Assembly (NCBI GenBank): GCA_013265495.1
Contig: MU058257.1
Span: 186,001-250,000 of the forward strand
Reading direction: 5' to 3'
DNA length: 64,000 nucleotides
Origin: Vicugna vicugna
Taxonomy: Eukaryota
The position numbers and the translations under genes are program-made. Positions within the stretch are counted from its first letter, which is position 1. Each line of letters begins with the position of its first letter. Under the pieces are notes generated by a model. It was not told the DNA's origin and did not search any database. It saw only the letters and a program-made list of their open reading frames with translations. Shown in pieces: positions 39,361 to 53,797 of the stretch.

Positions 39361-39573
39361 TGAGTTCTGACATAGGCTGGATGTCCTCCTGAAAGCCTCC
39401 TCGTCTCTGATTAAACTTCTGCCATCTGCCCTCCTACACAACTGTCCAGAGCGATCACTGGAAGTTTCGAGAAGGTCTTTTGACTTAGGACCGTGGTTCA
39501 TGGTACAATTACACAGCCGTGATAGAGAACCACATTGATTAATACGAGGGATCGTAAAGCGTTTTTCACAGAG
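39361..39573 (+). pseudogene. Pseudo-exon carrying the family GCPP motif
   Basis: AGCPPESLLVSD (GCPP at 39379-39390) vs CATSPERG IGCPPGKRLAFD; later frame gives EGLLT*DRGSWYNYTAVIE; donor GAG|GTATGT. Confidence 0.68.
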
Positions 39574-40280
39574 GTATGTGAGAGGAAGGATTTCACAGCA
39601 GGTCAGGAGGGGACCAGATATTTCAAGTTGGGGGGCTTCTTCTGGCTGGGAGATGAGAGCTGGTCCAGATATGAGATGAGGAGGTGGGGGAGTTAGGACG
39701 GGGAGTAAAGAGAACGCCAGCTCACAGACACCGCGAAAAGGTTGGGAGCAAAACTTGTCTCCAGCTGAAGAGTGTGAGAAATGATTGCTGTTAATATACG
39801 TGATTTGCAGACTTTTAAAAGGAATCGCCCCACACCGCACAGCCTCAATCTATAGAAGCCCAGGAGCAGAGAAACAAGATTAAACAAGAATTTAAAGCAG
39901 TCACATAAACAGAAGACCAGACCACCTGCTGGCCTGGACCACAAATGCCTCTGCCCATCTCTGCCTGGGGTTTTAGGAGAAATGCTGATGTTGGTTTTTA
40001 AAGGACAACAAGGAGTTTTTAACCCTAACTTAAGTTATTGTCATTTAAGCCTTCTCTGGACAGGCTGTCTTCTAAGACCTCGGCCTTGAAGGTAACCTAA
40101 ATGCACCTTATATTTTTTTCCATCATTTTCCCTGTAACTTCTTGGGGACTTTTGGGTTCTACTTGGGGTTTCCTCTAAGCATGGACTCTCTGAGCCTGAG
40201 TCGCCCCATAACTTAGCCGCCAGCTCCCTGTGCCCCACTTTTGAGACGTGACTAATGTGAATCAAGATGCATGCTAGGTG

Positions 40281-40484
40281 AATGTAAACTGTGGATTTTG
40301 GTTGATAATAATGTGTCCATGTGTGTTCATCGATTGTACCAAATATGCCACACTGATGAGGGATGTTGAGGGTAGGGGAGTATATGTGTGTGGGAGGGGA
40401 GGGCTATGTGCGAACTCTCTGTATTTTTGCTCAATTCTGCTGTGAACCTGAAACTGCTCTAAAAAAAAAGTCTATTAAAAAAAA
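40281..40484 (+). mobile_element. L1MC-type 3' end fragment with perfect 17-bp TSD
   Basis: AAGATGCATGCTAGGTG at 40264-40280 and 40485-40501 flanks the insert, which ends in poly-A. Confidence 0.85.
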
Positions 40485-40539
40485 AAGATGCATGCTAGGT
40501 GTAAAATACATGCTGTCTATCAAACAGTAAGATATCTTA

Positions 40540-40710
40540 CACACTTTTTTAATACTGGTTACAGGTTGAAATGGTACTATTTTGGGTGTATTAAGGTCAA
40601 TAAAACATTATTAAAATTAACTTCATCTGTTCCTTTTTTCCTTGTTTAACGTGGCTGCTAGAAACTTTAAAATGGCATGTGTGGCTCACATTCTGTTTCT
40701 ATTGGACAGT
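40540..40710. mobile_element. MER3-like hAT-Charlie
   Basis: ATTATTAAAATTAACTTCATCTG...GTGGCTGCTAGAAACTTTAAAAT...CTATTGGACAG. Confidence 0.7.
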
Positions 40711-40845
40711 TTTAATACATTGCAGCACATGGTGAATCTCTAAGAGGTGACTAGTAGGCAGCGTTTCCAAACACATATGCCCACACAACCATTCTTCACA
40801 TCACATCTTGTTCTGGTTATGTTTTCACTCTCCTCGGGCCCCCAG

Positions 40846-40950
40846 ACATAATCATGTCCATCAATCCCCGCGAGCTGCCTGGAGTCCTGTTTCGTGTGGG
40901 CACGGTGCTAATTTATGGGGAACAAAAGGGCAGTTAAGGCCCTCTGAGGA
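40846..40950 (+). pseudogene. Pseudo-exon (end uncertain)
   Basis: Acceptor ...cccccAG; SCPSI then AWSPV...NLWG vs the CATSPERD/E-type GCP...W/FxPVxxLW/F. Confidence 0.4.
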
Positions 40951-41719
40951 TGTAGGTCTTGATCCTGACAGCTTTAGCACGGTCATTCAGCAGGAGCAAC
41001 TTTCCCGTCGGTGGTCCATGTGAGGGTGGTCATAGCAAAACCAGAATCAAAGTACATTTGATCATTTCACCATATCCCATAGAATCATAGAACTTGACAT
41101 TTGGAAGGTACCGAATCCAATAGCCCAGGTCATATTCTAGATTAGGGACCAAACATCCAGCCACTTGTAATATGCTGACTACTGACTGCATGTCCACCAT
41201 ATGCCAGGCTCCTGTTTCATACTCACCAGCAAGCTTGCCAAGTTGGTGCGATTACAACCAGTCCAATTTCATAGGTGCTGGGAAGATCAGAGAGGCTGGA
41301 CCACCTCTCTGAGGTCACACAGCTGGAGGGAGGGGCTGGTACGCGTCTCCAGTAGGCTTTGATGCCTCTGGGAAGTGGAGGGACTTGCAAATACATCAGG
41401 CATGATATTTCAGCTCTTGCAGTTAGTAATATACAGTGTTTGCAATAGAGAAATCACTGCTTTAACACATTCAAGAGTAACACTATCATTTTAAACAACT
41501 TTAGAGCATGAAAGTAGGAACACAGGAATGGAAACTGCCAGAAAATCCCTTGCTTTTCCATTTTTTTCAAACCTACTGGTTCAAGTTTGCCGTAATGTTT
41601 ATTTTAGTTTAGTTACATCTACATACTGGACATCTATGTCTCCTGTTAATCTACATACTCGAGTCTGCATTTGCAGAAATGGGAATAAGACTCCCTTGTA
41701 AAAAGCTTGAGCCTTTCAG

Positions 41720-41865
41720 ATTTCAGGGCCAAGTCAGAGACAGATCGGTCTTCTGTTCAGCTGTGATTTCTGCAGTGATGCCTGGCACCCCCACATCACT
41801 GAATGTTTTGAAGACGTCCGGCTATTAGTTCACTCCTGCCTTTTTCAGGATGTAGAGAAGGAAAC
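41720..41865 (+). pseudogene. Pseudo-exon
   Basis: FQGQVRDRSVF, Q*CLAPPHH*M and HSCLF vs CATSPERE FIVWEIHGRDDY, SGCLHEAQTWK and YKHCF; donor AAC|GTAAGC (phase 2). Confidence 0.6.
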
Positions 41866-42084
41866 GTAAGCACAGAGCTGACGAATGCCTCCTTCCCTGC
41901 ACCAGAGCGGACTCCGGCCGCAAGGCTCCTGACTCAGAGCATTAGGTTATGCTGCCTCCTACTGGCCGGAGTGAGACTCTGCACAAAACCCACGAGCAGG
42001 AAAATTGTAATTCAGGGCTTCTCAACTTGATTAATAGACTCTTTCTAAAGGGGAAAAAAAAATCTCTTTTAAATATATCTACAG

Positions 42085-42241
42085 TCCTCAGATTGAAAAA
42101 CACCATCCCAAATCATGCAAATAAGGATGTTCAAACAGCAACCAAGCTTTAAATTCAAAGAGGTGCCTTCAATTTCCACGGGAGACCCTGCAAGGCCGTT
42201 ACCTTTGTTCTCAGGATTATGTACCTTGTGCAGTTCCCGCC
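42085..42241 (+). pseudogene. Pseudo-exon (last one recognised)
   Basis: Acceptor ctacAG in phase 2; LQFPRETLQGRY / FVLRIM vs CATSPERE IFWPMGHSGMYVFRVKIL; donor GCC|GTAAGT. Confidence 0.6.
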
Positions 42242-43670
42242 GTAAGTCCTGCGGCAATGATGACCTTGTGTCAAGGGCATCTCCCTCTACTTAACTTTGG
42301 TGCTGCTTCTAACTCCATTCCCATGGAAACATACTCTTCCCTGCGCATCTGTGAAACTGTACTAATTTCTCTTCTTTGCCGTATATACCTTTCTGTCTTC
42401 TCTTCTAGAAAATAGGGGAGCGCATCTTTGCCTGTCTCAGCATCCTGTCCTCTTACACCTCCTTGTAATGAGACCTCCTCACTCTGACAGCTTCCAGGGC
42501 ACCTTCTCCGAAAACCCTTCCCACCTCCACCCTCCAAGGCCTTCACAAGCAGAATCACTCTCTCCCCTGCAGGCAAACACATCACCCGGTCCTTGTTTAT
42601 AGGGATCTGTCTCCTGCTCTAGACCTCCGGCAATTTGAGGATAGAAGGCCACGCCTTAGACACTTTCGAACAATACCCTTATTTATATCACTTGAACTTG
42701 AAAATATGCTCGGCATTATTAAAAGAATCATCTTGACTTAGATGTCTGAACAAGAGGTTTATGCCCTAATAAGACATACACATAAAAGACTGGAGCACCA
42801 GGTGAAACGGGAGAAGTAGTAAATGGCAGGTTACAGGTGCTAATAAAGCCTTGTACTAGGTGAACACAAAGCTAGAAGCAATTGCCTCCAGCTAGAGAAG
42901 GAGGAGAAGGCATTGGAGACTGATCTGAAATGATGTGTCTACACAGGGGTTGAGGCGGGGAGAGTGGAGTTGTCATATATGGAAATTACTCCAGACAGAA
43001 AAAACACAAATAAAATATAAAATAAAATACAAGCCTCTGAGACATGAAAGTGTAAATATCTTCTACAAGCAAGAGAAGTGTTTTTTCCAGAGCCTTCTTT
43101 CAGGGAGGATAGAAAGGCAGATGGGATCAGGTCACTGAAGATCTTAAAAACCAAACTAAGGAGGGTAGTAGGGAATCTTGAGCAGGCAGGAGCTGGGGTG
43201 GAGGGTCTGTGGGCCGGGGGAGCACAGACACCCCTGTACCCAGGTATCCGGCTGCATCCCACTTTCCCAGGGGAGCCATAGTAGTTCTGGGGAAAAGACT
43301 TGAACTCTGTCTGTCCCAGGAGTTTGGACATTTATAGACATAGGACTTGGTGTGGGCAGCTTTGAGGAAGGGTCCATGGAAGCAGAGTCTGACTGGGAAA
43401 GAGTCTGACTTGGCAAACAGCCCTGAGGCGGAGCATGGGGGACAGAGGGGAGAGGATCCAAGTGCCTCGGGGCAGCGGCTGTCGGAACAGGGCAGCCCCA
43501 GTACTGGGGCGGTGCATGCAGTCCTGATGAAAGGGCTGTGCACAGGATTCCAGAGCATCCTCCTCAGCTCTGGAACATGGGCAACTTTTGGAGCGACACC
43601 CTCAGACTCTCCCCTCCCCACTTCAGACTGGGTGTAAAAAGGAGACAGCATTCTCTTCCATATCCAAGAG

Positions 43671-43864
43671 CAGTGGTTCCCAAATTTGAGCATGCACCAG
43701 CATCACCTGGAGGGTTTGTGAAAGTGCCCCATATTGGAGCCCCACCCCCAAAGCATCTTGAGTTAACCAGTCTGGGGTGGGGTCCCCAAGTTTGCATTTC
43801 CAGCAAATTCTGGGGTGACGCTGCTGCTGCTGCTGGTCCAGGGACTGCCCTTTGAAAACGGCTG
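43671..43864. mobile_element. MER5A
   Basis: CAGTGGTTCCCAAATTTGAGCATGCACCAGCATCACCTGGAGGG...GCTGCTGGTCCAGGGAC...TTTGAAAACGGCTG. Confidence 0.85.
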
Positions 43865-44578
43865 TACAAGAACCTCCCTGGGAGGAAGATGCTAACTAAG
43901 CACAGAACCCATGTGTATCTGTGCGTCCTGGAGTTCCCAGGGGCCTAGCGTCACGCCTGAGGCATAAAAAGCCCTCCAGAAACACATGGATAAGAGCTGC
44001 TCATAAAGGAATGCAAAGTCAGAGAGCAGGTGACAAAGAAAGCCCCAGTCACACAGGGAGAGGCTGCCCCCGCCCCTCCGGGCTTCAGATAGGACAGCAC
44101 TGAGACTGATGCTAGCACCCATTTTGTTTTAGTGTTTAATGAGTTTTCTTAGAGTTTTTAAAAATTAAAATGTCACAAATAGAGTTCCAGCATAGTCACC
44201 AGCTCACACTTCCCTCCTCTCCATCCCACAGGTCAACATATCTTGCATTTGGTGTGATTCCTTGTCATCTTTATCTTTATGTATTTATCACATATACACC
44301 TATTCAATAGGTTTAATGCTTTATTTAACTATTTTATTTTTTAAATTATTATTTAATGTTTTTAAATATCATGAATGCATCATACAATGCATTTCATGGT
44401 ACACTTGTTCTGTTCATTATGGGATCTTTTTTTCCTTAAATGGTGGTAAAATAGATATAAAATTCACCACATTAAGAGTACAATTCAATGGCACTAACTA
44501 CATCCATTTTGTTGTGCAAACGTTACCAACCATCCATCTCCAGCAATTTGTCGTCTTCCTGAATTAAAACGCCATACC

Positions 44579-47230
<2,652 letters not shown>

Positions 47231-47339
47231 CACGCCGTACCTGTCCAACACTAACTCCCTTAGCATTCTGTTTTCACGTTCCTTCGTCTGGATGCACTGA
47301 GTTGTTCTATCACTGTAATTGCTATATAGTGACTATGCA

Positions 47340-48060
47340 GCATTGACTTCCCCACCTCCTTTTTGATGTATATTTAAATTATTTCCAATTTATCGCTATT
47401 GCAAATATCCTGGTATTCGTCACTTAGTAAAGACACCCACTTAGAAGAGGAATTAATAGGAGTCAAAGGTCATATCCATCTTTAATTTTACTACAGAGTG
47501 TTAAGTTGCTCCCCAAAATGGCTTTACTAATTTCCATTCTTGCCATTAGCCTAAGACGACCTCAATTTCCCCACATTCTTGACAACATTTGGTCTCGCTG
47601 GACTTATCGTTTTTGCCTATCTGGTGGTTATAAAATGGTATTACGTTTTAATTTTCATTTTCCTGATTTCTGGTGAGGCCAAACAACTTACCATGTATAT
47701 CTTAGCAACACAGATGTCCTCTCTTCTGAATTCCCTGCTCATATCTTTACCATTTTTTCTATTGGATTATTTTTTCTTATTGATCTGTGGGAGTTCTGTA
47801 CATATTCTAGGAAATGTTCTTTTATTGATTATGAGTTAGAAATATCTACTCCCAGTCTGTGGCTTGTCTCTTGACGTAAGTACCTTTTTTTATTACAGAT
47901 AAATTTTAAGTTTCAATATAGACAAATGTATCATTTTTGTTTTCCTTTCTAATTGGTGCGTTTTGCATCTTACTTAAGAAATCCTTGTCCTGAGGACATA
48001 AAGAGAAGCTCTTATACTTTCTTTCGTAAGTGTAAAGACTTACTTTTCCTCTATAAAATC
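47340..48060 (-). mobile_element. Old L1M (antisense)
   Basis: TTGCCTATCTGGTGGTTATAAAATGGTATTA...TTTCCTGATTTCTGGTGAGG...CCCAGTCTGTGGCTTGTCT. Confidence 0.75.
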
Positions 48061-48221
48061 TCCAGTTATCTTGTAACGAGCACAAATACATGGCAGTTAC
48101 TTTTGTGTGAATGTGTGTGAAAAGGATTAATTTATTAAATATATGCATTTTAATGTGTATGCACTTTATAATGTGAGGGTTGGGACAACAATGTGGAAGC
48201 AGACATCATTTTAGGGACTGA

Positions 48222-48578
48222 CATGGCTCAGGATGGTTTAACAAAACACCATAGACTGGGTGGCTTAAACTACAAATATCTACTTCTCTCAGTTCTGGAT
48301 GCTGGGAAGTCCAAGATCAAGGTGCTGGCAGATTCGGCATCTGGTGAGAACCCGCTTCCTGCTTGTAGGTGACCACCTCACATCACACAGAGAAGGCTCT
48401 GGTCTCTTTCCCTCCTTACAAGGGCACTAATCTCATCACAGGGACCCCACTCACATGACCAAAATTATCATCTAAACCAAATTACCTCCCAAAGGTCCCG
48501 TCTCCTGATACCATCACATTGGGGGTTAGGGCGTCAACATATGAATTTTAGGGGGGACACAACACTCAGTCCATAGCA
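48222..48578 (-). mobile_element. MaLR LTR MLT1A-like
   Basis: ACCATAGACTGGGTGGCTTAAAC...GTCCAAGATCAAGGTGCTGGCAG...CTCAGTCCATAGCA. Confidence 0.88.
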
Positions 48579-51500
48579 GAGACCATTGCAAGTCATTCAG
48601 GCAAATGAAATGTGAACCTTGGACCAACTGGTGGAGGGAAAAAAAAATGAATGAATTTGAACAATATTCAGCAAAGTAGAATCAACAGGAAGCCAAACTA
48701 AGCAGGAAAAACCACCACCAACCAATTGTCAGGGGTGCTGGCCCCCCTTAAATGAATCACAGAATCTCCAGGCGGAAAAGGATCATAATGTCCATCCAGT
48801 ACAGCCATCAATGTGCTGCTTGGACCTGCCCACCAAGCATGGAAACGAAACATTCCGGCTGACTCTCTGAAGACACCAGTACCACGACGGCCAGAGGACC
48901 GGCTCTGCTTAGAGAAATTCAAGCCAAGGAGGGCCAAACCTGAACCACATCCAAAACCAGACACGGTCCCTGTGTTCCAGATGTGAATGCTCTGTAAAGA
49001 AGGTTAAACTCAAACCTCTTTTTGCCTCTGCCATTACTTATTTATTATTCCTCCCTTGCATCCTGTCTGCCTAGTTTTGAGTCTGGAGGCCCCGAGGCTG
49101 GGTCCACTCCTGAGCCGTTTTTAGCATGTGCCCTGCACATGGCTAACACAGAGTAAGCGCCGGGCAAGGACAGGAACCTTCAGGTAGGATGAAATCAATT
49201 TGTAATTCTTTTCCCAAGTAGCCTCTGACCAAAGGAGATAATTAAGGAAGATGGTGTATGGGGGGAGGTGGGGCAAAGGGCGAAGTCTGCCACGAATTAA
49301 CAAAGACTGTGAATAAATAGCTGTTCTTTGCTGGCAGAACAGTGAACTCTAGTTCACTGAGGGCTTAATTCCGGGGCCAATTTTTATTTAACAAATTCTG
49401 AGAGCAGGAAATAGACAGTAAGCCTGAAACTGACATTTGCACACACGTCATCTCTACCTAGCTTCTCTGCCTCCCCCTCCTCACCACTCGTTCTCTTCTC
49501 CTCTTTGACCAAGTACCAGGGAGAATTGGGCTCTTAATCACGTACAGAGGGGGTAGGGTCAACCCATCACATGTAATCCACAAACACAGGAAGAAATGCA
49601 CCTGAACCACGTGAATACAGACCCTTCATTTATTACGTTGTAGAACCAAGCCCTGAGGACAGGAGGCTGGGACTGGTCGGGATGGGATCTCTGGCTAGAA
49701 GGCGGGAGCAGCTTTCCTTAACAGAAGAGGGAAGGGAGTCGTCGAAGGAAAAACTGGGTAACTAATCAGGAGTGGTCTCAGAATTTGGGACGGGGTAGTC
49801 TATGCGTTTGGGGAAATTATGTGCAAAATTGCACTGATTTTTAATCACTGAAGACAGGAAGAGAGAGGGATGTGAAAATGAAATTAAAGAAATTAAACTG
49901 TTTCCCCTCCCCCCCATGTTCTCTCTCATGTATCAAAGAGACAAAGGGAAACAGGTAATTGATTTTGTTGCCTTCACTACTCTCTGGGTGTAAGCAATGG
50001 AATCCTCATTCTACAGCACCAAATGAATCACTTTCGTGCTTAGGAAAAATGGGATTCGCCGGGGACATCATAGCCCCATGGGATCTTGTGGCACGTGGCT
50101 ACACTTTGGGAGGCCAGAATTTCAGAAAGCATCATATCGTTAATTGTATTTCGGGGGAGAGTACCATCCTTGACTGACCACACTTACGGCGTGTGGGGGA
50201 TGCTGCAGGCAGCAGACCTCAGGGGGGAGCCCTGGGCGCGGTGGCTGGCGGGGAGACCCTTTGGGAGGTCTGCAGGGGACCTGTGAATTACGGTCTCCTC
50301 CAACAAGCTTCCTTCACTTAAAAACAACCAACTCACTCCTCCTGAAATCAAACAGAAGTGCCAACACCATGACTTGAATTTCTTGTGACCTTTCTCCCCT
50401 TGCCTAGAAAAGCTATGGTTTTTACCAAAGACCACTGACGAAAATGAATGATGATCATTGCAATGACTGTAGCACTAATGAGTTAATGGAATAATGCAGC
50501 ACTCGCCGTATTTCCAGTTTCTCCTCCCAGTTGAAGTTCTGTTCTCCCACGGCTCTTGCCACCATATTACTCAGTTTTGGGGTCAGAGACCCCGCTGGGG
50601 AGCTGATGGAAGCTAGGAACTCTCTTCCCAGAGATGCACAAGGAGGTAAAATTTTGCACATACTTTCAGAAGGTTCATAGATTCCCCTCCTCCTCTCAAA
50701 AGAAAAGAAAAGAAAAAGAAAAAAAGATCCCTGAGACCTTGACTTAGAACTTAGTATTACAGCAATACTCCTTCATTGATTGGGATTTTGACCCGATCAC
50801 AGGGTCCCAATACTGAGCTCACTGCCTGCAAACTAACGGCTGCTTGAGGATGAGAATTATTGTTAACCTGACTTTTAAGACAAGAATGGTGAAATGAGAG
50901 CGATGATACTTAGAAGTAGAGAGAAAGCATGTTTATGTTGTGCAAAAAAATAATTGGTCTTGAAGCCGTTTTCCATTTTTACTGGGACTTGGACCACTTG
51001 GAAATTGCACAGCGTGAAAAGAGAGCCAGTTTCTCTTACACAGACAGGGATCTGGAGCCTGAGCCATTGAGAGTTGGATTCATCTAGAAAGACGTGTAGC
51101 TACAAGAATGAGCTTAGATAGCGGCCTAGGGGAAAACAGAGGGGCCCCCAAAAGATCAGGATGCAGCCTGAAATCTTGCTTCTTCTCAGGATCTGCCCAC
51201 CAGGACGACACCGGCGGCAAGGGTGTCAACAATAAGCAGGTCCAGGCACAGACTCTCCGTCGTTTCCCGACCTGAGCTGCCAAGGCCCCATCTTTCCTCC
51301 CCAGGCTCTGAACCCGCTACTTCCGGCACTCCTGCTTCAGGATCTGAATTTCTGCCCCCCAGCCCCTTCCCCATAGATACTGACTGTCAGCAGCATTCTG
51401 ACATTTGCCCCCGGGCCATACGCTCTGCTAGCAGACAGGTCTAGGGCTGCAAAGCCAGGCCTGCAGGCGGTGATGGACAGTGTGGAAGGACCATCCCTGT

Positions 51501-51859
51501 AACCTGCTGGTCCAGCAAGGGATGGCCTAGTGAATCCTATTTCTGGCCCGGGGCTGAGAGGGAGCCCAGGTGTCAGGAAGGTGTCATCCTAATAGAACTG
51601 AGCGTTGTTAGTTCCTGCCACTGGGTGGAGGGTAAGGGATAGCTCAGGCATCTTTGTGGCCTCAACCTTGGTCCAGCAGACAGTGATGCTTTCAGTCAAG
51701 CCTCACTTGTGTGAGAGGACAATGCAGATGGATAACTAACGCCCCACTTTGGGGAGGAGGAAGGCAAACACAGGAGAGCAAACCCATCCTGCTATTTCTG
51801 TGGAGCAAGAGAAACCAGCTCTGCTCCCCAGTCACTTGACAACTACCGAGTGTGGACAG

Positions 51860-52660
51860 ATGGCCCAGGTTCAAGTCCAAGTCCTCCACTTTCTGCCTCT
51901 GTAACTTTGGACAAGTTACTTATTGTCTCTGTGCCTCGATTTCCTCACCTATAAAATGGGGATAATAATGGTACTTACATCACTGAATTGTTACAAGGAT
52001 TAAGTAAATTAATCCGTGCAGGGCTCTTAGAAGCATGCTTGGTTCACAGCAAGCAATTTCATTTTCTTTTATTTATTGATTTTTTCCTATTAAACCTATT
52101 TTTTTAATTGATGTATAGTCAGTTTACAATGTTGTGTCAATTTCTGGTGTACAGTATAATGCTTTAGTCATACATACACATACATATATTTGTTTTCATA
52201 TTCTTTTTCATTATAGGTTACTACAAGATATTGAATATAGTTTCCTGTGCTATACAGTATAAAATTGTTGTTTATCTGTTTTATATATAGCAGTTTGTAT
52301 CTGCAAATCTCGAACTCCCAATTTATCCCTTCCCACCCCCTTCCCTCACTGGTAACCACAAATTTGTTTTCTATGTCTATGAGTCTGTTTCTGTTTTGTA
52401 AATAAGTTCACTTGTGTCACTTTTTTAGATTCCAGATAAAAGTGATATCATATGGTATTTTTCTTTCTCTTTCTGGCTTACTTCACTTAGAATGACGACC
52501 TCCAGGTCCATCCATGTTGCCACAAATGGCATTATTTTATTCTTTTTGATGGCTGGGTAGTAGTCCATCGTATAAATGTACCACAGCTTCTTTATCCAGT
52601 CATCTGTTGATGGACAGATGCCTCAGCAAGCGGTTTAAATGTTAACTGTCACCACTGTGT
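51860..52660. mobile_element. MIR (+) interrupted by a young antisense L1 3' end (~52060-52618)
   Basis: MIR core CTCTGTGCCTCGATTTCCTCACCTATAAAATGGGGATAATAAT; TSD CAGCAAGC at 52048 and 52624. Confidence 0.88.
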
Positions 52661-53189
52661 TGAACCCATAGCCAGGGTCCTCGCCTGCATGGAACTCAGA
52701 GTCTGTTGAGGGAAGGAGAAACAGCACAAATGTGGTACCACCCACCAACTAAACTTAGCTAGAGGAGCATCCACACCTCTTCCTCTTCCACCTCCATCCA
52801 GGTGCCAAAATGCCTCTTCTCACCCCTCCCTCCAGGACTTGTTCTACCAGCCACCCTTCCTCACTCTCATATATTTAGTCTCCTTTGCTTTAGTTTATGC
52901 ACCTGTTCAAAGCTTTCCAGGTTCTAAAAAACAAAGCCCTCCTCCTCCCTCTCAAGGAGATACCCCTCTTCCTCTGCCCTTTCTACAAGAGGTGTCTACC
53001 CGCATTAGCTCCACTTGTCAACCTGCACTCGCTCCTCTGCCCCCCACCCCTGTCTTCCACCTGCACATAAGTGCCTCCCCCACAGGCCACCAGGGACCTC
53101 TTAAACCCAAGGATCTATTTGTGGCCCTTACCTTACCTCCCACCACATGCCAGGGATGCGCTAGGCACTGGGAGGCAAACATACTCAGA

Positions 53190-53352
53190 CGGGAGGAGGG
53201 GATAGCTCAGTGGTGGAGTGGGGGTTTAGTATGCATGAGGACCTGGGTTCAATCCCTAGTACCTCCATTAAATAAATAAATAAACCTAATTTACCAACCC
53301 CCCCAGCAAAACAAAACAAGACCAAAAAAAGTGTAAAAAATTTTTTTTAAAA
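53190..53352 (+). mobile_element. Camelid tRNA-derived SINE
   Basis: GATAGCTCAGTGGTGGAG...CTGGGTTCAATCCC...(TAAA)n-CCTAAT tail. Confidence 0.9.
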
Positions 53353-53459
53353 AAGATACTCTTTACAGGGGGTCAAGGCTTTTGGGGGTGCAGGGGGAGG
53401 TGTGGAGAGATTAAGTATATGGAATAACTGCAAATCATCAGGGCAGGTTCCACGGTAAG

Positions 53460-53797
53460 GACCAAAATGGGTTGGCAGGGCTGGCTCCTTCTGGAAGCTC
53501 AGAGGAGAATTCACTTCCTTGCCTTTTTCAGCTTCTGGAAGCTGCCCACATTCCTTGGCTTGTGGCTCCAGATCACTCTGATCTTTGCTTCCTTTGTCAC
53601 AACTTTTCAGACCCTCTTGCCTCCCTTGTTTCTGTACAAGGATCCTGGTGAATCCAGATTATCCAGGATAATCTCATCAAAAAAACAAAAACAGAAACAA
53701 AAACCCTTAGCATAATCACATGGCAAAGTTCGTTTGTCAGGTAAGGCAATATATTCACAGGTGATTAGGATGTGGACCACTATTATTCTCCCTACCA
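53460..53797 (-). mobile_element. MaLR LTR fragment (MLT1-type)
   Basis: GTTGGCAGGGCTGGCTCCTTCTGGAAGCTC...TATTCTCCCTACCACA. Confidence 0.75.

Larger units (their letters stand above)
19261..42241 (+). pseudogene. Decayed multi-exon (unprocessed/unitary) pseudogene of the CatSper auxiliary subunit family (CATSPERB/G/D/E-like)
   Basis: About 15-18 non-repeat segments, many with AG/GT boundaries and several with compatible phases. Their translations follow the order of recalled CATSPERG/E motifs: signal peptide; TFHSCK; GVRSVIPKK; DHNGF; RPTFIT; STLLLLSGL; VFWG/DYFVLS; *RLLVYLFL; PW*Q...GGV; GCPP; WSPV..LW; QVRDRSVF; *CLAPPHH*; GRY/FVLRIM. Numerous stops and frameshifts. Homology was judged by eye from memory, not computed. 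Confidence 0.72.

Noticed and set aside
42242..42420. Hydrophobic stretch GISLYLTLVLLLTPFPW as the pseudogene's transmembrane helix
   Set aside because: It lies just downstream of a good GTAAGT donor in pyrimidine-rich, possibly L2-derived sequence; I cannot support it by eye.
50531..50645. LKFCSPTALATILLSFGV as the missing terminal exon of the CatSper-like pseudogene
   Set aside because: Most of the segment (GGGTCAGAGACCC...CTGATGGAAGCTAGG...AAAATTTTGCACATA) looks like a hAT-Charlie fragment, and no transmembrane segment follows; probably coincidental.
51625..51647. GGGATAGCTCAG SINE-head-like snippet
   Set aside because: Too short; no B box or tail.
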